Shown: positions 48,281 through 55,985 of the stretch, piece by piece | How the letters are laid out: every line of letters begins with the position of its first letter | How positions within the stretch are numbered: position 1 is the first letter of the stretch | DNA from: a virus | Taxonomy: Duplodnaviria > Caudoviricetes | IMG/VR virus record: IMGVR_UViG_3300014204_013734 | Location: 1-64,000 of that record | Strand: one strand, 5' to 3' | DNA length: 64,000 nt | Position numbers and translations under genes: made by a program | The notes under the pieces: generated by a model | Seen by the model: the letters and a program-made list of their open reading frames with translations, nothing else | What the model was told of the DNA's origin: nothing | The model's database searches: none

Positions 48281-48778
48281 ATGGAAGACAACTACCTTGA
48301 AATGGAAGATGGTTTGTATCTGCGAACGATTGGGCCTTTTTTCATCACCGATAAATTCCCGGACCTCCCAGGTGTGTATTGCTTGAACGGTCCTTGGAAA
48401 TCCGTAGTGCGTGTTTCTGGTTGTGAATCAGGGGCGATTATAATCACGGTCCTATTGGATCCGAAAATTGCCAAAGAACACCAAGTCTTGTTGGACAAGT
48501 ACCAACAGGATTTAGAAAAGTGGCCAGAAATGGTTCGGATATGGGAATCCACTACAGACCACAAAATGGGATTTTTCAAGACCGAACGCCCGAAGGAACC
48601 CGTACCGCCACCCAAGATGGGAATAAAAATAGCGGTCTTGTATGCGGATGACAAAGAGCCCTTCAAGGTTCGGGGAACCTTAACTCCGATAGGGGTTGTG
48701 GATGACACACATTTCTTCAACGTCACCGACGAATTGGAACCTCCTTCCGACTTTTTTGGAAGGCTTTTGGGGCGATGA
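48281..48778 (+). CDS. Hypothetical protein
   Basis: 165 aa ORF. Confidence 0.65.
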   Translation: MEDNYLEMEDGLYLRTIGPFFITDKFPDLPGVYCLNGPWKSVVRVSGCESGAIIITVLLDPKIAKEHQVLLDKYQQDLEKWPEMVRIWESTTDHKMGFFKTERPKEPVPPPKMGIKIAVLYADDKEPFKVRGTLTPIGVVDDTHFFNVTDELEPPSDFFGRLLGR

Positions 48779-48797
48779 AAATTTTTTCATTTTTTTC

Positions 48798-48826
48798 TTG
48801 ACATTCACAAAACCCTGTGTAATAGT
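48798..48826 (+). promoter_or_regulatory. Sigma70-type promoter
   Basis: TTGACA, then TAATAGT 16 bp downstream; T-rich upstream element. Confidence 0.55.
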
Positions 48827-48958
48827 GGATTTGTTGTTAGGGTTTTGAGGAAAATGAAATGGAATCAGTTGGAACAACCTTCGGCGGTAGGAAACCAAAT
48901 GGCGGGCATACCGCCATCGTGAACCCCGCCGTCGCGTCAGCAGAACGCGATCCAAATA

Positions 48959-48987
48959 GCTTTCCCCACGTAGATGGGGATGATCCG
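48959..48987 (+). repeat. Solitary type I-E CRISPR-repeat-like unit 1
   Basis: GCTTTCCCCACGTAGATGGGGATGATCCG, 29 nt. Confidence 0.6.
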
Positions 48988-49036
48988 GGAGTTCCTGGCA
49001 TGTAGCGTCTCGTCGCAAAGCACGGACAGGCGCCAC

Positions 49037-49067
49037 AGAAGCCGGGAACCGAAAGTTCCCGGCTTCT
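49037..49067 (+). terminator. Hairpin terminator-like element
   Basis: AGAAGCCGGGAAC-CGAAA-GTTCCCGGCTTCT. Confidence 0.65.
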
Positions 49068-49083
49068 CACGTTAAAAAAGAAA

Positions 49084-49112
49084 CGGCTTGGAATTTGAAT
49101 CTTCCCGGTAGT
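49084..49112 (+). promoter_or_regulatory. Phage promoter motif heading the tRNA array
   Basis: CGGCTTG-N15-CGGTAGT. Confidence 0.75.
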
Positions 49113-49210
49113 TGAAATCGGGAACAGTTATTTGACAACTGAATAGAACAACGACATGACAATGACGAGGGTGGCAGGTTTGCCACCTGTCACCCTCGTT
49201 TTCTATTGTG

Positions 49211-49283
49211 GTGGACGTAGATCAATTGGAAGATCGACAGACTGTGGCTCTGTAGGTTGCGGATTCGAACTCCGTCGTCCACA
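49211..49283 (+). tRNA. tRNA-His(GUG), no CCA
   Basis: Cloverleaf; anticodon arm ACAGA-CTGTGGC-TCTGT. Confidence 0.9.
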
Positions 49284-49284
49284 C

Positions 49285-49370
49285 GCCTGACAAACCCAAG
49301 CAGCCTCTCCGTGGCGTCAGGCATCAACCCGTGGAACCTGCCAAATAGGTTCACGGGGCCAAACGCTTGG
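49285..49370 (+). ncRNA. HDV-like ribozyme 1
   Basis: P1 GCCTGAC/GTCAGGC; P2 CCAAGC/GCTTGG; P3 GCC/GGC; J4/2 GCCAA. Confidence 0.85.
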
Positions 49371-49400
49371 AAATAAAATAATTCACTAGGCAGAAATCGT

Positions 49401-49476
49401 TCACCCTTAGCTCAGCGGTAGAGCGACGGGCTGTTAACCCGTGTCAGCACAGGTTCAATCCCTGTAGGGTGATCCA
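49401..49476 (+). tRNA. tRNA-Asn(GUU), CCA encoded
   Basis: Cloverleaf. Confidence 0.9.
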
Positions 49477-49488
49477 ATTTTTATCCAT

Positions 49489-49562
49489 AGTGACGAAGCC
49501 GAAGGAGTCGAGGCACCGGCCCGTCAAGCCGGATGAAGCGGGGGCGGGTCCCGTCGTCACTG
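49489..49562 (+). tRNA. Atypical tRNA-Asp(GUC), no CCA
   Basis: Stems intact; C33; T-loop GGCGGGT; G73. Confidence 0.7.
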
Positions 49563-49643
49563 GTCTGGTAAATCAAGCAGCCTCCACGTTGGCACCAGAC
49601 GGTAACCTACTATCCTAAGAAGAAGTAGGGCTAATTGCTTGAT
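49563..49643 (+). ncRNA. HDV-like ribozyme 2
   Basis: P1 GTCTGGT/ACCAGAC; P2 TCAAGCA/TGCTTGA; L3 TCCACGTT; GCTAA. Confidence 0.85.
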
Positions 49644-49690
49644 CAAGAATTTTTTGAATACTCTGAGAAAGGGTGGGTAGCTCCCATCCC

Positions 49691-49795
49691 GGAATCTGGA
49701 ACAACTGACCCGAAAGGGCGGTTCACCCAACAACCAGACTCTGACAAGGCTGGCGAGGTGGCAGAGACTGCAGGAACACTGTCGTTCCAGATTCC
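49691..49795 (+). ncRNA. Unassigned structured RNA
   Basis: 12-bp closing stem GGAATCTGGAAC/GTTCCAGATTCC with internal hairpins. Confidence 0.5.
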
Positions 49796-49807
49796 AAATT
49801 TTTTGAC

Positions 49808-49884
49808 CGGGGTGTAGGGAAGTAGGTATCCCACCTGGTTTGGGACCAGGAAACTCGCGAGTTCGACCCTCGCCACCCCGACCA
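49808..49884 (+). tRNA. tRNA-Pro(UGG), CCA encoded
   Basis: Cloverleaf. Confidence 0.9.
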
Positions 49885-49897
49885 TTTTTGATTCAAA

Positions 49898-49971
49898 CGG
49901 ACCGTGGGGCAGTCTGGTAGCCCGCGTGAATGGGGTTCACGAAGTCGCTGGTTCAAATCCAGTCGGTCCGA
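49898..49971 (+). tRNA. tRNA-Pro(GGG), no CCA
   Basis: Cloverleaf. Confidence 0.9.
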
Positions 49972-50059
49972 ATCCGATGATCCAAGCAGCTTCCACGATA
50001 GCATCGGATGTCAACCTGACAGAACCTTTTTCAAGGGGTTTCAGGGCTAATCGCTTGGG
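49972..50059 (+). ncRNA. HDV-like ribozyme 3
   Basis: P1 ATCCGAT/ATCGGAT; P3 GCT/AGC; GCTAA. Confidence 0.85.
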
Positions 50060-50066
50060 AAATAAT

Positions 50067-50143
50067 CCGACACTGGCCTAACCCGGTAAGGTGCGTGCTT
50101 CGGGAGCACGAAATTCCCGATTCAAACTCGGGGTGTCGGACCA
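50067..50143 (+). tRNA. tRNA-Pro(CGG), CCA encoded
   Basis: Cloverleaf. Confidence 0.85.
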
Positions 50144-50199
50144 TTTTTGGGTAAAAACAAGGAATTCCTTGTGGGATTTACTTTGTAAGGAACTGAGTT

Positions 50200-50760
50200 A
50201 TGGCAAGGACAAGTGTAATTTATAATCTTTCAACAGAAGAATTCAAAACTGTTGTAGAAGAAGCCTTTACAATGACGGACATATTAGAAAAATGTGGTCT
50301 TCGTCCTGTGGGGTCTAACCGAAAAACCGTTCAACGCAGGGCAGAAAAAGAAAATGTATCGCTAAAACATTTGAAAAGCATACAGGGAAAAAGACCATCC
50401 CAAGCAATCCCCTTGGAAAAAACAATGACGGAAGATTCTTCTTATAAAAGCAGCCGTCTAAAAGAGAGATTGGTCAAATTAGGTATTTTGACTGACCGGT
50501 GTTCCATTTGTGGCCAAGCCCCTGTTTGGAACGGTAAGCCTTTAGTGCTTCATTTGGATCATATCAACGGAAACCATGAAGACAACCGATTGGAAAATCT
50601 TCGGATTGTGTGTCCTCATTGCGATTCTCAACTACCCACGTACAAAGGGAGAAACAAGTACCACGCCCCTAAACCCAGATGCGATTGCGGGGCTGTGAAA
50701 AGCCGACCTTCAAAACACTGTCGGAAGTGTGAAGCTAAAAACCGAATTAAGAGATCGTAG
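50200..50760 (+). CDS. HNH homing endonuclease
   Basis: LHLDHINGNHEDNRLENLRIVCPHCDS. Confidence 0.9.
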   Translation: MARTSVIYNLSTEEFKTVVEEAFTMTDILEKCGLRPVGSNRKTVQRRAEKENVSLKHLKSIQGKRPSQAIPLEKTMTEDSSYKSSRLKERLVKLGILTDRCSICGQAPVWNGKPLVLHLDHINGNHEDNRLENLRIVCPHCDSQLPTYKGRNKYHAPKPRCDCGAVKSRPSKHCRKCEAKNRIKRS

Positions 50761-50826
50761 CTCAACTGGTAGAGCAAGTGGCTTTTAACCACTAGGTTGA
50801 GGTTTCGAGTACCTCCGATCTCACCA
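50751..50826 (+). tRNA. tRNA-Lys(UUU), CCA encoded
   Basis: Cloverleaf; overlaps the HNH stop codon. Confidence 0.9.
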
Positions 50827-50836
50827 TTTCTAATAT

Positions 50837-50898
50837 GCGGACATCGTCCACTCTTTACTGGCGGGAATACCGCCATCACGTTGAAGCTGCCCGCTCCA
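50837..50898 (+). ncRNA. Short tRNA-like element (Gly-like acceptor, U73, CCA)
   Basis: GCGGACA...TGCCCGC-T-CCA around a TGGCGG/CCGCCA hairpin. Confidence 0.45.
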
Positions 50899-50905
50899 AT
50901 TTTTT

Positions 50906-50981
50906 GGTCCCGTCGTCTAGTGGCCCAGGACGCTGGCCTTTCACGCCGGAAACACGGATTCGAATTCCGTCGGGACTACCA
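50906..50981 (+). tRNA. tRNA-Glu(UUC), CCA encoded
   Basis: Cloverleaf. Confidence 0.9.
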
Positions 50982-50994
50982 TTTTATTTTTTCA

Positions 50995-51023
50995 CGGCTT
51001 GGTTTCTTTTCCTGTTCGGTAGT
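50995..51023 (+). promoter_or_regulatory. Phage promoter motif heading the Y RNA/Ro60 unit
   Basis: CGGCTTG-N15-CGGTAGT. Confidence 0.75.
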
Positions 51024-51086
51024 ATGCGCGTGAAGCAGATTTTTCAGTGAAGCAGCTTCGGGTATAAGCAGAAGGTCTTTGAAAAA

Positions 51087-51156
51087 TGTCGGGGTGTGCA
51101 GTTTTCGGATACTTCATTGTCAAGAAAATACCGAAAACGATCAGTTGACCCCGACA
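51087..51156 (+). ncRNA. Y RNA-like 1 (short)
   Basis: Terminal stem TGTCGGGG/CCCCGACA; GTGCAG...TTGACC. Confidence 0.65.
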
Positions 51157-51166
51157 ATCGTTCTTT

Positions 51167-51243
51167 GCTTCCAGGGTGCAGAATGCGGTTACTCCAGACT
51201 TGTCATCTGATCCCGTACCGTATTTGACCGATTGCCTGGAGGC
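51167..51243 (+). ncRNA. Y RNA-like 2 (short)
   Basis: GGTGCAGAATGCGGTTACT; terminal stem TCCAGG/CCTGGA. Confidence 0.6.
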
Positions 51244-51251
51244 TCAATTCG

Positions 51252-51404
51252 TGAAAGTGAAGGCGGTGTGCAGATGTGCGGTTACTTCACATTTGGGGTG
51301 GGAGGTCGTGGGTTCAAGTCCCACCTTGGCCTTCGGGTCAAGTAGCTCAGTCGGTAGAGCGCCAAAACGTTACCGTCATCGCCTGTTGATCGCCTTCACT
51401 TTCA
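51252..51404 (+). ncRNA. YrlA-like Y RNA 3 with permuted tRNA domain
   Basis: T arm GGTTCAAGTCC precedes D arm TAGCTCAGTCGGTAGAGC; long terminal stem. Confidence 0.85.
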
Positions 51405-51422
51405 AGTTGATCAGGTTTCCTG

Positions 51423-51562
51423 TAACCCGGGTGTGCAGAATGCGGTTACTTCGGAAAAAATCTGGATATGGGGGTTCAAATCCCTCTGGAAGCGCAAGTT
51501 TCCATCGTCTAATGATAGGACACCAGATGATAAAGTCCGCATCCGATTTTTGACCTGGGTTA
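51423..51562 (+). ncRNA. YrlA-like Y RNA 4 with permuted tRNA domain
   Basis: T arm GGTTCAAATCC precedes D arm TCGTCTAATGATAGGAC; terminal stem. Confidence 0.8.
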
Positions 51563-51594
51563 ATTTCCACCCTTACCTCAAAAGGAGGTGTGCC

Positions 51595-53394
51595 TTGAAC
51601 TTCAGTAAGAAGACGAAAACGGAAGCGGCTGTATCGGTCACCAACAAGGCTGGCGGGAAAGGCTATCGTGCCTCCTCGGCTTTGGACGCCCTCATCATGA
51701 AAGTGGGGAAGCCTGGATTTTCCGAACCCACTTACTACGGCGATCCCCAGGAATCCATCATGAAGAAAATGGGGGACCTGGAAGTCAACGTGGAAAACTT
51801 GACCGAAGAGGCAGTATCCATCCTTGAGGACATTGTCCTGGCGGTCAAGGATGCCGTGCACAGCAAGAAGCAAGACGAGTTGGCGGATGTCCTCCGTCTA
51901 GCTTGTTACCTGCGCAACGAAAACAAGATCAGGATGACCCCACAGGTCATTCTGGCCATGTGTTCAAAGATTCCGGCACTCCAACACCTGTGCCGGCTGT
52001 ATGCCCCGAAGATCGTCGTGCGGGCGGACGAAATCAAAGAAGCCTTTGCGGCTGCCCGCTTCCTGTTCAACCCGGTTTCCAAAGATGACAAGTACGGTCG
52101 TGCGTCCCATCATGGGACCATTTCCAAGTCGCTGAAGAAGGCTCTTGGGGATTCCTTCTCCCGTTTCCCGGAACGGGACTTCCTCAAGTGGGCAGGCAAG
52201 GGAGACATCAGCTTCAAGGATGTCCTCCTGATGTGCTATCAGGCGTTTGACGGAAAGTCCAGACCCGCCAATTGGCCAGTCAGTCCCGCCATGTGGCGAT
52301 GGTTGGTGTACGACGAAGTCAGTGAAGCCGTTCCCCAAGCTTTGGCTTGGGAACAGTTGAACAAGCTGGCTACCTGGGGTGAGGAAGCTCGTGAATTGGT
52401 CCGGAAGTCCGGGGCTACGTGGGAAGTCATTGCTTCCAAGTTCGGCGGATCCACCGATCCGAAGCAGGCTGCGGAAGTGTGGGAATGGCTTGCGACGGCA
52501 ACGACTACGGACGGAAACAAAACACGCCGTGTCATGCCTTATCAGGCAACCTTGATGAACCTGCGCAACTTCGCGGAAAAGGGCGTATCCAACAAGGCCA
52601 AGAATGAAGTAGCCAAGTTCTTGGTTGAAGCGGCTCCCCATTCCCGCATGTTGCCGATGCAATTCATGTCGGCGAGGAAGGCCGTTGAAGACCCCTTGTT
52701 CCAGAAGGCTATTGCAATGGCCATTGACGCCACTGCGGATAGTCTGCCGGGGCTGCTTGGGTCTACGGTCGTGGCAGTGGATACTTCGGGGTCCATGGAA
52801 ACGCCTTTGGTCCAACGTCAGAATACATACCGCGGCAAGACCCAGAATCCCATGACGGTGAAAGAAGCGGCGTGTCTGCTCGGGGCCATTTGTTACCGCA
52901 AGGCGGAAGGATGGGCCATTATCGGGGCACTGGCGTCAGGTTGGTCTCAAATCAAGGTCAGCCAAACTTCATCCGTCTTGGACGTGGCCAACATTGTCCA
53001 CGAACGTAACGTTGGAGCCGGAACTAACCTGGGGGACCTGTTTGCTACCCTCAAGCAACAGAAGACGATGCCTGACCGTATTATCCTTCTGACCGACGGT
53101 CAAAGCTGGATGGGCGAACGTTCCTGTTATTACGGGAGCACCAGCGGTTCCTGCAACGACAACATCAAGGCATACCGGTCGGCGGGGTGGACCGGGCACC
53201 TGCATGAAATCCACATGGTTCCTTACGAAACCACGGCGTCCGAACCCGACAAGAAGTGTCACGTGTTTTCCAGTTATTCCGAAAATCTGGTCAACATGGT
53301 GCGAGCTGCAGAAGGGCTGGAAGCCGAGTCCGAAAAGGTGGACACCTTCAACGTGGAAGCCTTCAAGGCTGAAATGCGAAAGCTGTATCCGTAG
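51595..53394 (+). CDS. Ro60/Rsr-like TROVE + vWA RNA-binding protein
   Basis: AAGGAGGT RBS and TTG start; YLRNE...VVRADE; MPYQATLMNLRN; VDTSGSM; LLTDGQ. Confidence 0.9.
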   Translation: MNFSKKTKTEAAVSVTNKAGGKGYRASSALDALIMKVGKPGFSEPTYYGDPQESIMKKMGDLEVNVENLTEEAVSILEDIVLAVKDAVHSKKQDELADVLRLACYLRNENKIRMTPQVILAMCSKIPALQHLCRLYAPKIVVRADEIKEAFAAARFLFNPVSKDDKYGRASHHGTISKSLKKALGDSFSRFPERDFLKWAGKGDISFKDVLLMCYQAFDGKSRPANWPVSPAMWRWLVYDEVSEAVPQALAWEQLNKLATWGEEARELVRKSGATWEVIASKFGGSTDPKQAAEVWEWLATATTTDGNKTRRVMPYQATLMNLRNFAEKGVSNKAKNEVAKFLVEAAPHSRMLPMQFMSARKAVEDPLFQKAIAMAIDATADSLPGLLGSTVVAVDTSGSMETPLVQRQNTYRGKTQNPMTVKEAACLLGAICYRKAEGWAIIGALASGWSQIKVSQTSSVLDVANIVHERNVGAGTNLGDLFATLKQQKTMPDRIILLTDGQSWMGERSCYYGSTSGSCNDNIKAYRSAGWTGHLHEIHMVPYETTASEPDKKCHVFSSYSENLVNMVRAAEGLEAESEKVDTFNVEAFKAEMRKLYP

Positions 53395-53396
53395 CA

Positions 53397-53425
53397 ATGT
53401 TCCCCACGTATGTGGGGGTGTTCCG
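53397..53425 (+). repeat. Solitary type I-E CRISPR-repeat-like unit 2
   Basis: ATGTTCCCCACGTATGTGGGGGTGTTCCG, 29 nt. Confidence 0.65.
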
Positions 53426-53515
53426 ACCCTGTGGGAGAATATGGGGACGCCCTTCTTTCACAGGATCTTCCCGTGGGTTTGGGGGACGCCTTAAACCCAC
53501 GGGATCTTTTCATGG

Positions 53516-53592
53516 CGGGCCGTAGCTCAATTGGTTAGAGCGCAGTCCTGATAAGGCTGAGGCCGTGGATTCAATCTCCACCGGCCCGACCA
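53516..53592 (+). tRNA. tRNA-Ile(GAU), CCA encoded
   Basis: Cloverleaf. Confidence 0.9.
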
Positions 53593-53630
53593 ATTCCGTT
53601 CTTTAGGGTAAGTGTTTGTGGATGATTTGA

Positions 53631-53703
53631 TGCGGAGTGGAGCAGCGGCTAGCTCAGCAGGCTCATAACCTGAAGATCGGTGGTTCGAGTCCATCCTCCG
53701 CTA
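53631..53703 (+). tRNA. tRNA-Met(CAU), initiator-like, no CCA
   Basis: Unpaired 1:72; TGGAGCAG D arm. Confidence 0.85.
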
Positions 53704-53785
53704 ACCCGACAATTCCAGACAGCCTCCACGACGGCGTCGGGTGTCAACCTACCTAAAAGCTAAGGTAGGGCTAATTGTCTTGGAA
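53704..53785 (+). ncRNA. HDV-like ribozyme 4
   Basis: P1 ACCCGAC/GTCGGGT; L3 TCCACGAC; GCTAA. Confidence 0.85.
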
Positions 53786-53822
53786 AAACGACCCCCCTGA
53801 TTTCAGCAAGGAACATGACAAA

Positions 53823-54206
53823 ATGACCCCTGATTTTGACATTGCGGATGTGAAAGCCCCGGAAGGAAGGTCCATCAAATTCACCATTAGGGAACGTTTC
53901 GGACCCCGGGTGTGGAAGATGACAACTGTACGGACCCAGGACGATTGGGATCCGGTCATTGAACCGATGCGGAAACCGGAAGACATGAAAGCCGGTATGG
54001 ATATCCTGATCTGGTTAGGACAAGACGAATGCGGCAGGGACCATTGGAGAACCGAAAAGGTTCTGGAAGACCCTGTGGGATCGTTCCATACCATCCCCCG
54101 TGAAGATTGTTTCAGGCCCTTGCAGTTTGATGAAGACCGGCAGAGCTGGATCGAAGGCGGATTCATCTACCTTCACGGTATGGAAAGACTGGAAACCATC
54201 AAATAA
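53823..54206 (+). CDS. Hypothetical protein (start uncertain)
   Basis: ATG inside the 53775-54206 ORF with AAGGA upstream. Confidence 0.6.
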   Translation: MTPDFDIADVKAPEGRSIKFTIRERFGPRVWKMTTVRTQDDWDPVIEPMRKPEDMKAGMDILIWLGQDECGRDHWRTEKVLEDPVGSFHTIPREDCFRPLQFDEDRQSWIEGGFIYLHGMERLETIK

Positions 54207-54229
54207 GCCCTATGGAAAGGTAAGGAAAA

Positions 54230-54745
54230 ATGAAAGTTTCAGGACAGGATTTGATTCAAGCCATCAAGGAACAGTCACACCTCCGGGACCTTACCGAAAC
54301 GGAGTTTGAAGGATCCTTGTATGCCTTTCCCAGCGAAAGCAAGGATTCCCCGGAACGGGTTATGGAACGGCTCCTTGACATTGAAACGACAATTGCAAAG
54401 CTCCAGGCAGCGCAAGGGTTGTACAACCAAAAGGTCAAAGTGACGGTGTCTGGTGAAAACCTCACTTTGGCCGAAGCCGTCAAACGTATCGGGGGTTTGG
54501 CCCGTGTGGAAGCCTGTTGGCGGAAAACGGCGAAGTCTGGAGGGGAAGATCAGTTATACGGGCGCCGCATGGAAAGACCCGCAGTGGCCGACACGGAATT
54601 CGCCAAAAAGATGATTGAGGCTAAGGTTGCCAACCAGAAGGCAAAGGAAACTGCCAAAACTGTGGCTAACCTGCGTTCGGCCATTCAGGCCGGAAACACG
54701 AAGAGGGTTGAAATTGAAGGTTTGGACCCGGACTGCTTTGTGTAG
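54230..54745 (+). CDS. DIP1984-like coiled-coil protein
   Basis: LQAAQGLYNQKV.V....LTLAEAVK...LRSAIQAGN. Confidence 0.6.
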   Translation: MKVSGQDLIQAIKEQSHLRDLTETEFEGSLYAFPSESKDSPERVMERLLDIETTIAKLQAAQGLYNQKVKVTVSGENLTLAEAVKRIGGLARVEACWRKTAKSGGEDQLYGRRMERPAVADTEFAKKMIEAKVANQKAKETAKTVANLRSAIQAGNTKRVEIEGLDPDCFV

Positions 54746-54945
54746 TTCAGGTTCGGGATGCAAGTACCGCAAGGGAACGCGTCCAGACGTGGAAGACCAT
54801 TCAAATATACAGGATACGGATTCAATGACACCGCACCCCCACCTGATCCCAACGTCCCGATTGCTTAGGACGACAAAAGGGCATACTTGGTGTCGATCCG
54901 GATGCTCCCCTACTTCCTGCTTTCGGTCTTCCACGTTCTTGTCAA

Positions 54946-55018
54946 GGGGCTTTGGCGCAATTGGTAGCGCGTCTGCTTTGCACGCAGAAGGCAGGGGGTT
55001 CGAACCCCCCAAGCTCCA
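54946..55018 (+). tRNA. tRNA-Ala(UGC), no CCA
   Basis: Cloverleaf; G3-U70. Confidence 0.9.
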
Positions 55019-55099
55019 GTCCGACGATCCCAAGCGGCCTCCACGACGGCGCCGGATGGTTAACCTGTAGAAAGTTTCTGCAGGGCTAACAGCTTGGGA
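55019..55099 (+). ncRNA. HDV-like ribozyme 5
   Basis: P1 GTCCGAC/GCCGGAT (G-U first pair, one mismatch); GCTAA. Confidence 0.8.
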
Positions 55100-55131
55100 G
55101 AAATTTTCATGTCACAAGAAAGGAACCTGAA

Positions 55132-55332
55132 ATGATCCGTACCATTTGTAAAATGGCAATCAACACCCAAGACGACCTACCAGTTACCGACAAGGTGTTG
55201 TCCTTGGAAATTTTCCCAGTGAACAAGACTAACATGGTTTCCTTGTCCGTAGGGGATGAATTTTCCATTTCCGTAACGCTTGATGATCTGTATGCAGCGG
55301 TAGACGCTTTGTTTTCTTCACGCCCAGAATAA
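55132..55332 (+). CDS. Hypothetical protein
   Basis: AAGGA RBS; 66 aa. Confidence 0.6.
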   Translation: MIRTICKMAINTQDDLPVTDKVLSLEIFPVNKTNMVSLSVGDEFSISVTLDDLYAAVDALFSSRPE

Positions 55333-55429
55333 TTGGCCTAACATCCTTTTCAGGAAAAGGCTTCCAACGGAAAAGAGAAGGTTGACAGGGGCGTTGCATT
55401 GATGGACGCATGAAGGAAACAGCAAAAGA

Positions 55430-55645
55430 ATGGATGACAATCTAGACAGGGTTTTGGGTTTCTACGAACGGGCATTTGAGAAAATCCAAGAAAAGGTTTT
55501 CGGTCCTGAACTACGGGAACCCGTGGACCTGGAAACCATGAAACTCAGTATCCAAAGAGACTTGGGGGTTTCAGCCCAGGCAGTGGAACTGGTCCGTTTA
55601 GCTTTGGAACAAACGAAGAGCAAAACCAAGAAAGATTTGGTGTGA
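55430..55645 (+). CDS. Hypothetical protein
   Basis: 71 aa ORF. Confidence 0.55.
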   Translation: MDDNLDRVLGFYERAFEKIQEKVFGPELREPVDLETMKLSIQRDLGVSAQAVELVRLALEQTKSKTKKDLV

Positions 55646-55653
55646 TTTTCTTT

Positions 55654-55743
55654 GGAAGAGTCGCCTAGTGGCTTAGGGCGGCGGTCTTGAAAACCGCAGA
55701 TCCTTAACGGGATCCGAGGGTTCAAACCCCTCCTCTTCCGCCA
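55654..55743 (+). tRNA. tRNA-Ser(UGA), CCA encoded
   Basis: Long variable arm; G73. Confidence 0.9.
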
Positions 55744-55748
55744 AAATT

Positions 55749-55824
55749 TGGGCTGTAGCTCAGAGGATAAAGCAGCCGCCTCCTAAGCGGAAGATCGCGG
55801 ATTCGATTTCCGCCAGCCCAACCA
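55749..55824 (+). tRNA. tRNA-Arg(CCU), CCA encoded
   Basis: Cloverleaf. Confidence 0.9.
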
Positions 55825-55837
55825 ATTCCAAAACAAC

Positions 55838-55911
55838 CGGGGCGTAGTTCAGATGGAAAGAACACCGGCCTTCTAAGCCGAAAGTCGTGAGTTCAAGCCT
55901 CACCGCCCTGA
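55838..55911 (+). tRNA. tRNA-Arg(UCU), no CCA
   Basis: Cloverleaf. Confidence 0.9.
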
Positions 55912-55985
55912 ATCCGACGAACCTAAGCAACTTCCACGAAGTGTCGGATGTCAACCTGCAGAAACTGTAGGGCTAATCGCTTGGG
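55912..55985 (+). ncRNA. HDV-like ribozyme 6
   Basis: P1 ATCCGAC/GTCGGAT; P3 ACT/AGT; GCTAA. Confidence 0.85.

Noticed and set aside
49000-49036. c-di-GMP riboswitch (GCAAAGC segment)
   Set aside because: The rest of the consensus, including the GNRA tetraloop and receptor layout, could not be matched
51300-51362. Ordinary tRNA gene in the Y RNA region
   Set aside because: The T arm precedes the D arm and there is no anticodon arm in normal order; this is a YrlA-type domain
51433-51594. N-terminal extension of Ro60 in the ORF track
   Set aside because: It overlaps Y RNA 4; a strong RBS supports the TTG at 51595
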